Shown here piece after piece: positions 1 through 14,608 of a DNA stretch of 64,000 nucleotides. Position numbers and translations under genes: made by a program. The notes under the pieces are model-generated. The model was given only the letters and a program-made list of their open reading frames with translations. It was not told where the DNA came from and made no database searches. Origin of the DNA: the human T2T-CHM13v2.0 reference genome, Homo sapiens. The stretch is taken from NCBI RefSeq assembly GCF_009914755.1, contig NC_060944.1; one strand, given 5' to 3'. Position 1 is the first letter of the stretch, and the number at the start of each line of letters is the position of its first letter.

Positions 1-258
1 CCTGGTTTTGATCTCCTTTCAATCTTTTGCTGATTAACTACACATTGATCAGTGTTGGCCACCCTCACCCTGCCATAGACCATCCGCTGTCTTCCTCTGT
101 AGAGTTAACTATTTTCTCTTTTATGAGGAAATAGTGTGTTTGCTTAGGAGTGTTTACTGTCTGGTAACTACTGTGCTAAGCCCTTTCCTGTTGCCTGCCA
201 TCCCTGCTGCGAGCAGGGACAAGCTGGGTGCTCACTCATGGCATCTTATCTGTTGCAG

Positions 259-327
259 ATAGTCCACTGTGTGCAGAGGCATGGGAGTTGTCATGTTGGG
301 AACATGCTAGACCTCAGTATCCTTGAG
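259..327 (+). ncRNA. SNHG11: Probable internal exon of the snoRNA host lncRNA
   Basis: Acceptor tctgttgcag at 249-258, donor GAG|GTAAGA at 328; lies upstream of the intronic snoRNA; gene name from locus context. Confidence 0.55.
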
Positions 328-965
328 GTAAGATCTCTGGTTCATTCTCTGGAATGTTGGTTCCTTGTATCTAGTACAGTTCTGTACATGTTCCCAGGGG
401 CTTTGGGGTTGGTGTAGGGGAGCTGAGAGGTGAGATGAGAATGGCACTGTGGGTCCCCAGATCCGCTGTCCACCCAGCCAACCCAGATCACCTCTGGCCT
501 TTCCTGTGCCTTCAGGGCTTGCTGCTGGGGGGAAACCTCCAGAGTCCCACTTTGGTAATAAGAGGTCTCTGCCCTTTCTCCCTGGGCAGCAGGATGTTGT
601 AATGGAAAATGAGTGGACCTAGGCTTCAGAGACTCTGGTCCCCTGGCTTTGAATCCCCTTCTGCCACTATCCCAGTCAAGGACTGATTCAGAACCTAATT
701 TTCTTCATTTGGAAAATAATGTTCTGATAGAGGTGACTTTTGTGGTACTTGAGACCATATGATTCCTATCATTACCAACCAATATTTTCCGATTGTTTTT
801 GCCCCATGTGACTTCTCTGTGATTCCTCCTGGCAAGGAAGTTTTACAGGAAAGCAGGGCCACTTTTGGGATCCTGTGCTGGGCTGGATCATTTTCCTGGA
901 CTGGACCTAGTCCACAAGCTGCTGGCATCTGTTTCTCCTCATGGATCTCTCTCTGCCCTTGTATA

Positions 966-1101
966 CACCTGCATTCAAAAATGATCACGGGCTGCCTGTG
1001 CTCTGGTCATCAATAACGCAGGGAGAGGAATTGCTGAAAGCCGTTTCCCGTGTTTGGAGGGTTCACACCTGTCCCTTTCAAATGCTGGCGCTTTCACACA
1101 C
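966..1101 (+). ncRNA. SNORA60: H/ACA box snoRNA of the U71/ACA60 family
   Basis: 136 nt starting CACCTGCATTCAAAAATGATCACGGGCTGCCTGTGC; H box AGAGGA at 1024-1029; ACA box at 1096-1098, 3 nt from the end; resembles recalled SNORA71/SNORA60 sequences. Confidence 0.85.
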
Positions 1102-1370
1102 TCCTTCTCTCCTGCCAGCACCTTCTGGTCTCAGGAGCATTGCAGGATGTTGTGTGAGTGAGTGATGGGAGACACTTTAGTATGGCTTTTTTCAGCTTAG
1201 CCTCCTGTTATCAGAGAGCAGTCTCTTTCAGTGTCAAGGTTTGAGTACTAGATGGTGGAGAAAGCCTGTGTGAATTATTTTTAATGAATAAGTGTGATGA
1301 TGGGTGGCATACAGTCACTGCCTTAAGATTTTCAAAGAGAAGCAGCCTTTTGGAGGTGGTGGGCCTGGGC

Positions 1371-1514
1371 AGGTCTTTCAAGGAGTGGGATGTGATGGGC
1401 AGTAGAAAGGTATTCCAGGGAGGGGTAGCAACATGAGAAGGTCTTTCAAGGATTGGGATGTGATGGGCAGTAGAAAGGTATTCCAGGGAGGGGTAGCAGC
1501 ATGAGAAGGTCTTT
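1371..1514. repeat. 68-bp tandem duplication, ~2.1 copies
   Basis: AGGTCTTT starts at 1371, 1439 and 1507; the two full units differ at 2 positions. Confidence 0.9.
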
Positions 1515-1932
1515 GAGTCTGGGATGAGCAAGAGTGTCTAGTCCCACCAGGGAGACAGATGTGTAGGCAAGTAATGACAGCATGGAGGGATGGCTGCTGG
1601 GGTGATCCTTGGCTCCCAGCACGGCGAGGTGGACATCTATGGGAGGGGCCCTGAGAGGTCTCTTGAGCTGTCTTTCTGCCAGTTGCACATCTGCTCAGTT
1701 GCCTGTTAAGACTCTTAAGACAGTTTTGCTGGACTCTTAAGTTTTTATTTTGATATTCTTTGGGAGCATTGAGATTCCTTTTTGAGATGAGTTTGGTATG
1801 AAAGAAACTGGCAACTCATACCTGATTGATTAACTGGGGGCATTCCCATTGACATCAGCTTGAAGAAAGACGACAGAACACTGGAGACCAAGTACTTACA
1901 GCCTTCTGCTCTGTGGCCCCTCCTCACTCCAG

Positions 1933-2044
1933 GGATGCTGCCTTGGGTCTGGAAACTGTTAGAGGAAACCCCAAGAGGTGCAGGCACTGAGCCTCTCAGG
2001 ACAATGACCTGGGGTCCCAGCTCCCCTGGAGGGGCCTCCTCATG
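1933..2044 (+). ncRNA. SNHG11: Probable penultimate exon of the host lncRNA
   Basis: Pyrimidine tract plus CAG at 1930-1932 (acceptor choice uncertain); strong donor ATG|GTAAGT at 2045. Confidence 0.5.
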
Positions 2045-2129
2045 GTAAGTGAATGCCAAGAGGTTAAGTTGGCCTGTGTTTCCGAGGTGGAAATTCCAGG
2101 TCGCTGGCTTCATTTGTCTTCTCTTTTAG

Positions 2130-2522
2130 ATTGTTTGGGGGTTGATCACAGACCAAGAGTGACGAGTGATGTCACCCTGTGACTCATGGCCGGACCTTCT
2201 TGCCCCTATTGTCTCAGCACAACATTATTCGACTTTTCCCTCAGCGTGGGTGGGCAGAGGAAAAGCCCTGTGGCTCTGGGGACTTGGGATCCAGAGTTGA
2301 AGACCCTTCAGCTGGCTCTGCCCTGCCAGTGCCACAGAGTGCCATGGCCCAGGAAGACAGGTTTTCTTCCATCTAGGCCAGGCCATCCAGTGGCCATCCT
2401 CCGTGTCCTCCCGCCTCCTCCTGGTGTGACTTCTGAAAACCAAGAATTTGTTCCTGTTGACTTTTTCTGTGCTATGGACCATTGTCCTCTCACCCACTCA
2501 ATAAATCTTGAAACATGCCCTG
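2130..2522 (+). ncRNA. SNHG11: Probable terminal exon of the host lncRNA
   Basis: Acceptor tttgtcttctcttttag ending 2129; ends after AATAAA at 2500-2505. Confidence 0.6.
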
Positions 2523-2561
2523 CTGCTTGTTCTTTCATTTTTGTGTGTTTGGTTTTTTTTT
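2500..2561 (+). terminator. Polyadenylation signal with downstream GU/U-rich element
   Basis: AATAAA at 2500-2505, then TTGTTCTTTCATTTTTGTGTGTTTGGTTTTTTTTT at ~2527-2561. Confidence 0.7.
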
Positions 2562-3249
2562 AATCAGTATCTCCGTGTGCCAGCAAGACTGGGTGTAGAG
2601 AGTGGGTCACAAGGGCAGGTCTTCTGGTTCTCACTCATTAAGACTTTCCCCTTGACACATACCCAAGGCTTGACCTAGGGAATGTGAGATGGGACGTGGG
2701 ATTTGGACCGGGGTTGAACAATAATCCCAAGTGCATCTAGGGGTGGGGGGGTTCAGGCTTAGGAGAGAAGGGGAACTCTTAGGATTAAGTTGGCAGGGGA
2801 AACATTTGAGCCAAGGCTTTGGGAGAGAAGACTATGACGGGATAACTTAGGGATGGAGGCAGGGGCTGGAGTCCTTGAAGAATGCAAGAGTGCCCTGAGC
2901 TCAGGTGGTGGATTGCAGGTGAATGTAGGAGTTGGTTTTGAGCAGAGGAGAGAGTGGAGTGTATGAGGAATAGCTGCACTTGGAGAGCTCTGGGGGTGTG
3001 GCAGGCAGTGCCAGCCGCTGGGGCTTCTGTTACCATGAGATAGATTTGGTCTTTGGGGATTCTCTTTGGTAGCAGTGATCGCAGTGATGTGCTTACGTGT
3101 GCATTGTATGTGTGTCACCACCTCCATATGTTGCTCTGTCCTCATTTTTCAGGTAAATTTCACACAAGAATGCTCCCAAAGGCTATGGTAGAAAGTTGGG
3201 AGTCAGTTGGTCCCACTCCTTCAGTTGAAATAGAAATCACTGTGACTAA

Positions 3250-3924
<675 letters not shown>

Positions 3925-5141
3925 TTAGCAAACTGACCCCTCTCATAGCTAAGCAGGTTCCTGTCAGCTAATAGGACAAGTGTCTACACTACACTCCCTT
4001 CTTTAATCTCTCGTTCTCTTTCTCTCTCTCTCATGCTCTTCTTGACCCACTACCTCAATCCTGCAACCTGGGGGTCCCTTACGCCCTTTTTAGTTTGTTC
4101 TATGGGAGGCAACAATGATGGAGTACTGAAAAACAAGGGAAGAGGTGAGATTGCCACGCAGTGGGGGAAGAGAGTGTCAGCTATAGAGATAGGATCACTT
4201 ACTGTGGCTTGGCCCCCTGGCATAAAAGTTTTCTTACTAAGCCAGACTGGTTGATTTGTGGAGGGTTCCCTCATTTATCACCCTATTTTCATGCATCCTA
4301 GTGGTTGCTGGCTGGATGTGAAGGTTGGTGAACTAATATGTTAGAAGCTCTTAGCATAGCACTTGGCACATAGGAAGTGCTCGATGAAGGATAGCTCCTC
4401 TCAATCACTAGAACTTCCTTTCCAATTGTAAATGGTCCTCATCGCTGGCCCAGCCTCTTAGGTCTTTCTTCTCCTGCCCTCTGCCACCCTCGCCCGACCC
4501 TACCCTCAGCCTCTAGCCTAGACTTCCCATTCTCCCGAGGAGACAGCAAGGCCCTCCTCACTCTGCCTGTGGCCTGCCTGTCCACCCTTTTCTCACACAA
4601 GCACCCTAGGCCTCAGCCACCCTTCTGCTTAAGGTCCCTGAACATGTTCTTTTCCCGGCCTATGCGCCTGGAATGCATCCTCCGCTTCAAGCTCAGCTGA
4701 CTCAGCTTGTGTCACTTTCTTCAGGAAGCCTTTGCTGGCGGAACCTCCACCCAGACTGGATTCCCCGCCCCTCCTTCCATTCATATCAATTATCAGTTCT
4801 GTGCAGGCACAATTCTAGGAACTGGTAAACAAAACAGGCAAAAGAGCAAATCCCTGCTTTGTACTTACATTTTGGAGGACAAGGACATATCATAAAACAA
4901 AGTACTAAAATAGGTAGAATGCTTGAGAAATGTTAAGGAAAAAAAGTCATAAAGCAGGGAAACAAGATAGGAAGTTTGGGGACCAGCAGAGGGAGTGGCA
5001 TTTTAAATTGAGTAGACACGACGGCCTCCCCAGGAAGGTGAGATTTGACTAAAGTGAGGAGCTCTCACTGCTGGGCGTTCACTGCAGGCTGTTTAAGCCG
5101 CCATCACTGCATGGACCATGGACAATAGGAAGCTTTTTCCT

Positions 5142-5566
<425 letters not shown>

Positions 5567-6065
5567 TTAACTGGTCAGCACCTGGATGGGTGTGTCTAGA
5601 GGCCAAGCTCTGCACCTGTCAGCTCCCCATCCCCCTCACCTCCAACCATAGCTCAGTGGTCTAGGGAAGCTCAGTCACCCAAGGACAGCCTTGATAGGCC
5701 TAACCCATCACCTTGGTCCAGGACCCATAGCAGTGATCACTGAGCCCTGCAGTGTTTCTGCTGGGAGAGTTCTGCATGTCAAGAGACTGAGTAATTGGTT
5801 GCAGAAACAGGAAGAGACAGAGTAATTAAGTCTTAACAGCAGCCTAGGAGCATAGAACATTGAGCTCCTGTTGCAAGTTTCTAGAACTCACAGGTGGAGA
5901 ATGAAATTTCAGTTTCCAAACCACGTTCGTGCTCCTCCAGGCATGACTGTGAGCAGTATTCTGATTTGCCATGAGGCCTGGGGATTCAGTTTTTTCTGAA
6001 TTTTTATAAGGCATGGCTATGTGACCAAGATTCCTTTTCGTTTTTTTAAAAAATTTTTTAGTTTA

Positions 6066-6692
<627 letters not shown>

Positions 6693-6940
6693 TGAGAGCC
6701 CTTACATTCACTACTTCCATTACTAAAGGGAGCAAAATGAATCTTTTCTCATTATAGTCAAAAAGCATACCAACATAATGCCTGACGGGTGGAAGGTGCT
6801 CAGTCAACATTTAGGGATGAGGAATGATACCAGCAGATGCCTTGATAGTGTGCGCCAGAAATGACTCATGCAGGCCCCTCTGCCTCTGTGGGTACGACTG
6901 ATAATAGGTGGGCCTGGTGAAGTCACTAAGAATCTGATGT

Positions 6941-7075
6941 GGCTGGGCAAGGTGGCTCGTACTTGGAATCCCAGCTACCCAGGAGGCTGAGGTGGAAGGA
7001 TCACTTGAGTCCAGGAGTTTGAGACCAACCTGGGCAATACAGTGAGACCCTGTCTCAAACAAACAAACAAAAACA
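6941..7075 (+). mobile_element. Alu monomer (FLAM-like)
   Basis: Single Alu arm ending in an (AAAC)n tail. Confidence 0.8.
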
Positions 7076-7459
7076 CACGAAAACCTGATGCTGTCACTTA
7101 ATTGCTATGGGGCCTGGAGCACATTATTTTGCCTCCCTGACCCTCAGCTTCTGGCTGTCTAATTTGACCATCAACATAGCACTTACCCCAAATAGCAATG
7201 ATGAAGATGATGCATGTTAAATGCGTAACATAGTAACTGCCTTGCACGGAGTGCTTGATAAATGTCTGCTGTTTTTATTTGATGAGCACATATAGCTTGT
7301 TGATAGTTAAAATGAAGAACAAATATAAAATGTCATTATGACAGGCTCATCTGCTAAGGCACCACAAATACTTTCTTCTTTCTTGTTTGCTAATTTGCAG
7401 ACATCCCAGCGGGGTTGGTGTTAGTCACTGCTACCATTGATTGAAATTCTGTTAAGTCC

Positions 7460-7610
7460 CACGCACTGTATTAAGCCTGTATGTATAATTACCTCACTTA
7501 ATCTTCACAACAACCCAGTGAGGTAGATTTAATTATTTTCCATTTTACAAATAAGGAAACCAAGGCTCAAAGAAATGGAAGAGACCTGTCTCACACCTAA
7601 TGAGTGGCTC
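7460..7610 (-). mobile_element. MIR SINE fragment
   Basis: Core TTAATCTTCACAACAACCCAGTGAGGTAG...CCATTTTACAAATAAGGAAACCAAGGCTCA. Confidence 0.75.
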
Positions 7611-8353
7611 AGCTAGTTTTCCATTTCCTGCTGTATTAAATAGTGAAAAATGTTTCAGGCTGACTGATTTCATAAATAGCATAAGCATACCAAGCTTATC
7701 AGATGCTTGTTTGTACTGGAATACTGGAAATTAGGATATTTTACTATTTGTTCCATCTGCTTCAAATTATTGCCTATTATTTAGAGTTGCTGAAATAGTC
7801 TTCATCTAAATCAGTGGTTTTGCAGATTGAACTTATGAACCTGACATGTACAGGGACAATAGCCATGTTTTAGCCAACACCAAAATATCAAGTGTCCTTC
7901 CCACTACTGTTGTGTCTGAAGCAAGAGTCATCCAAGACCCACAGAACTTGAGGAAACTTGAGAAGGGTATCACCAATGTGGCCCAATAACCAGGATTAGC
8001 ATCAAGAAGAGCCACGATCCTACCAGGAAACTGTTGCCTGGCACCAGAGTCCCTGTGACACAGTGGGTGGGAGATTCCACGGCAGAATTGAGCCAGGAGA
8101 ATGAAGAACTGGACAGAATGAAGGTTCATTTGTCCATCCAAAAGATATTTATTAGGCACTGTGCTGGGAATAGAGATACCATGATGAACAAGAAAGTTGT
8201 TGCCCTCAAGAGGATCGCATAAACGTGTATAGATGATAAGTTATATGAATTCACACTCCAGATACTTATGGAACAATCACTATGTGCTGGGCCTTGCTCT
8301 CAGATGGGCATTTGGGTCTGAACAAAGCAAATGAAGGAGTTTATAGTATAGGA

Positions 8354-8970
<617 letters not shown>

Positions 8971-9675
8971 GATTTAGACAATAAGGGGTTCAAGGATGCC
9001 TCCTTTACAGGAAGGCTGCTGCATCTTGTGGGGGCTTAATGAAGCTGCTCCAGCTTGGATCCCCCATTCTCTGGTATCCCCTCTCCTCCATCTTGGCAGA
9101 GCAGGGCGAGGTATATATCAGGCATGCCTGATGGAATCCTGCCTCATGTTCCAGAGCCTTCTGGAGGCAAGACACCGAGTCCTGGGTGTGCTTCTCTAAC
9201 ACAGATCCTACTGGAGTTAACTTTAGTGTACCCAGCGTTTGTTATTCAGTCAGTCACTACCTGTTTACTAAGTGCTGGCCTCTGTGCTAAGCACTGTGAA
9301 TGCACGCCAGTGAAAACAGACATTTGTTAGCTCATAATTTCATCAAGATAAACAAGATGCATAAATTGTTAAAAACTCTGAGAAATTCTACAGAGGAAGA
9401 GGGAAAGGTGCTGCAAGAGTAAATAGGGCACCTGACCTCTTGGGAGTCAGGGAAGTAGACTTAACTGAGCAAAGGAGGAGAGTGGTCCACATCCAAAAGC
9501 TGCGTGGAGGATGCAGGGAGGAGCTCAACGGTGGTTGGTGTGGCTGGCATGCAGCCCGGAGTGGTGTGAGCACTGGCTTTGGAGTCACAGATCTGGTCCA
9601 ACTTAACTGGGTGACTTTGATGACAAGTTTTAAACTCTGTGCGCCTCAGTGACCTCCTATAGAGGGATGTGGTGA

Positions 9676-9985
<310 letters not shown>

Positions 9986-10009
9986 ATGAGCAGCTATTTT
10001 TTTTTTACA

Positions 10010-11215
<1,206 letters not shown>

Positions 11216-11451
11216 ATATTTGGAACATAGGTTTGATTTTAATAGATATTTTAAAAATATATATTTAGAAATCTTTACCCACACTGAGAGAATGTATATA
11301 TTTTTCTCAAGCACCTTTGGGGTATGTATTAATATTGTTTGCATATTTACAATATTTACAAATATCATCTACAGCATAGAATGTGGTAACTTTGATGCTG
11401 CAAAGCAAGTCTCAAATATTAATACCAGCACATCAGTATCAGGAATAAATG

Positions 11452-11753
<302 letters not shown>

Positions 11754-12264
11754 GGAAAGATGACGACTGCAATATGTCACTACAATGTAAAGTCTAAATA
11801 AAAACAAAACAAATGTTAAAAATACTCAGACCTGAAGGGTAATGAAAATACTGTATTATCAAAACTTGTATGATGTATAGCTAAAACAGTACATAGGAGA
11901 AATTTATAGCCTCAAATGCTTTCATTGGGAAAGAACTTCCCACCAGTAAGGGAGTGTGTGACTCATTACACAGGTTAGACGGAAGTTCAGAGAGTTCTCC
12001 CTGGTGTCTTTGGCATTTCTCCAGGATTTTTGCAGCACTCCGAGGGAATCAGAGCCCCAGTAACTACTGAGATTGAATGAGCCACTAGTGCAGTACAATG
12101 CAGACACAGAACAGATTATATTTTATTCCACAAAGAAAAGGAATGAGATCTTTTCCCACCTTACCTTTGTGAAATATGTTCCATTTCCATTGGAGGTGCT
12201 GAAGGAAATCAGGTTTTAAGTCATGTTTTATTTAGATCTGCTAGAGAGACTGTGTTTTGTTTTT

Positions 12265-14292
12265 CTTTTTTTTTTTTTTTAATTGATCATTCTTGGGTGT
12301 TTCTCGCAGAGGGGGATTTGGCAGGGTCATAGGACAATAGTGGAGGGAAGGTCAGCAGATAAACAAGTGAACAAAGGTCTCTGGTTTTCCTAGGCAGAGT
12401 GTTTGTGTCCCTGGGTACTTGAGATTAGGGAGTGGTGATGACTCTTAACCAGCATGCTGCCTTCAAGCATCTGTTTAACAAAGCACATCTTGCACCGCCC
12501 TTAATCCATTTAACCCTGAGTGGACACAGCACATGTTTCAGAGAGCACAGGGTTGGGGGTAAGGTCATAGATCAACAGGATCCCAAGGCAGAAGAATTTT
12601 TCTTAGTACAGAACAAAATGAAAAGTCTCCCATGTCTACTTCTTTCTACACAGACACAGCAACCATCCGATTTCTCAATCTTTTCCCCACCTTTCCCCCT
12701 TTTCTATTCCACAAAACCGCCATTGTCATCATGGCCCGTTCTCAATGAGCTGTTGGGTACACCTCCCAGACGGGGTGGTGGCCGGGCAGAGGGGCTCCTC
12801 ACTTCCCAGTAGGGGCGGCCGGGCAGAGGTGCCCCTCACCTCCCGGACGGGGCGGCTGGCCGGGCAGGGGGCTGACCCCCCACCTCTCTCCCAGACGGGG
12901 CGGCTGGCCGGGCGGGGGGCTGACCCCCCCACCTCCCTCCCAGACGGGGCGGCTCGCCTGGCGGGGGGCTGACCCCCCCACCTCCCTCCCGGACGGGGCG
13001 GGGAGCTGACCCCCCCACCTCCCTCCCGGACGGGGCGGCTGGCCGGGCGGGGGGCTGACCCCCCCACCTCCCTCCCGGACGGGGCGGCTGGCCGGGCGGG
13101 GGGCTGACCCCCCCACCTCCCTCCCGGACGGGGCGGCTGGCCGGGCGGGGGGCTGACTCCCCCACCTCCCTCCCGGACGGGGCGGCTGGCCGGGCAGAGG
13201 GGCTCCTCACTTCCCAGTAGGGGCGGCCGGGCAGAGGCGCCCCTCTCCTCCCAGACGGGGCGGCTGGCCGGGCGGGGGGCTGACCCCCCACCTCCCTCCC
13301 GGACTGGGCAGCTGGCCTGGCGGGGGCTGACCCCCACCTCCCTCCCGGACAGGGTGGCTGCCGGGCGGAGACGCTCCTCCCTTCCCAGACGGGGTGGCAG
13401 CAGGGCGGAGGGGCTCCTCACTTCTCAGACGGGGCGGTTGCCAGGCGGAGGGTCTCCTCACTTCTCAGACAGGGCAGCCGGGCAGAGACGCTCCTCACCT
13501 CCCGGACAGGGTCGCGGCCGGGCCGAGGCGCTCCTCACATCCCAGACGGGGCAGCGGGGCAGAGGTGCTCCCCACATCTCAGACGATGGGTGGCCGGGCA
13601 GAGACACTCCTCACTTCCTAGATGGGATGGCGGCCGGGAAGAGGCGCTCCTCACTTCCTAGGTGTGATGGCGGCCGGGCAGAGACGCTCCTCACTTTCCA
13701 GACTGGGCAGCCAGGCAGAGGGGCTCCTCACATCCCAGACGATGGGCGGCCAGGCAGAGACACTCCTCACTTCCCAGACGGGGTAGCGGCCAGGCAGAGG
13801 CTGCAATCTCGGCACTTTGGGGGGCCAAGGCAGGCGGCTGGGAAGTGGAGGTTGTAGCGAGCCGAGATCACGCCACTGCACTCCAGCCTGGGCACCATTG
13901 AGCACTGAGTTAACGAGACTCCGTCTGCAATCCCGGCACCTCGGGAGGCCGAGGCTGGCGGATCACTCGCGGTTAGGAGCTGGAGACCAGCCCGGCCAAC
14001 ACAGCGAAACCCCGTCTCCACCAAAAAAATACGAAAACCACGCAGGCGTGGCGGCGCGCGCCTGCAATCGCAGGCACTCGGCAGGCTGAGGCAGGAGAAT
14101 CAGGCAGGGAGGTTGCAGTGAGCCGAGATGGCAGCAGTACAGTCCAGCTTCGGCTTGGCATCAGAGGGAGACCGTGGAAAGAGAGGGAGAGGGAGACCGT
14201 GGGGAGAGGGGAGAGGGAGAGGGAGACCGTGGAAAGAGGGGAGAGGGAGAGGGAGAGGGAGACCGTGGAAAGAGGGGAGAGGGAGAGGGGAG
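12265..14292 (-). mobile_element. Full-length SVA retrotransposon (SVA_D-like)
   Basis: Read on minus: (CCCTCT)n hexamer region ~14292-14165, Alu-like domain ~14160-13800, GC-rich VNTR ~13790-12765, SINE-R ~12760-12281, poly(A) (T-run ~12265-12280). Confidence 0.96.
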
Positions 14293-14580
14293 CTTTTTTT
14301 TTTTCTTTCTTTGGTTGGCTGATTTTGAGACAGAGTCTCCTCTGTCGCCGAGGCTGGAGTGCTGTGGTGCAATCACAACTCACTGCAGCCTCAACCTCCA
14401 CTCAGCAATCCTCCCGCTTCAGCCTCCCAAGTAGCTGGGATCACAGGCACATGCCACCATGCCCAGCCAAGGGTTTCACCATGTTACCTAGGCTGATCTT
14501 GAATTCCTGGGCTCAAGTGTTAGACTCACTTCGGCCTCCCAAAGTGTTGGGATTACAGGCGTGAGCCACTGCACCCAGCC
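14293..14580 (-). mobile_element. Old Alu (AluJ-like) lacking the central A-rich linker
   Basis: Antisense Alu; GCCCAGCCAA joins directly to GGGTTTCACC. Confidence 0.85.
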
Positions 14581-14608
14581 TGTTTTGTTTGGGGCAAGGG
14601 TTTTAACA

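Noticed and set aside
1-50. ACA-like motif suggesting the tail of a second H/ACA snoRNA
   Set aside because: No visible H box and no convincing U71-family similarity in the available sequence.
1102-1200. Possible extra host-gene exon just after the snoRNA (CAG at 1116-1118, GTGAGT at 1154)
   Set aside because: The branch point would fall inside the snoRNA; cannot be supported without transcript data.
12432-14564. Many G/P/R-rich ORFs on both strands
   Set aside because: Translations of SVA SINE-R, VNTR, Alu-like and hexamer domains.
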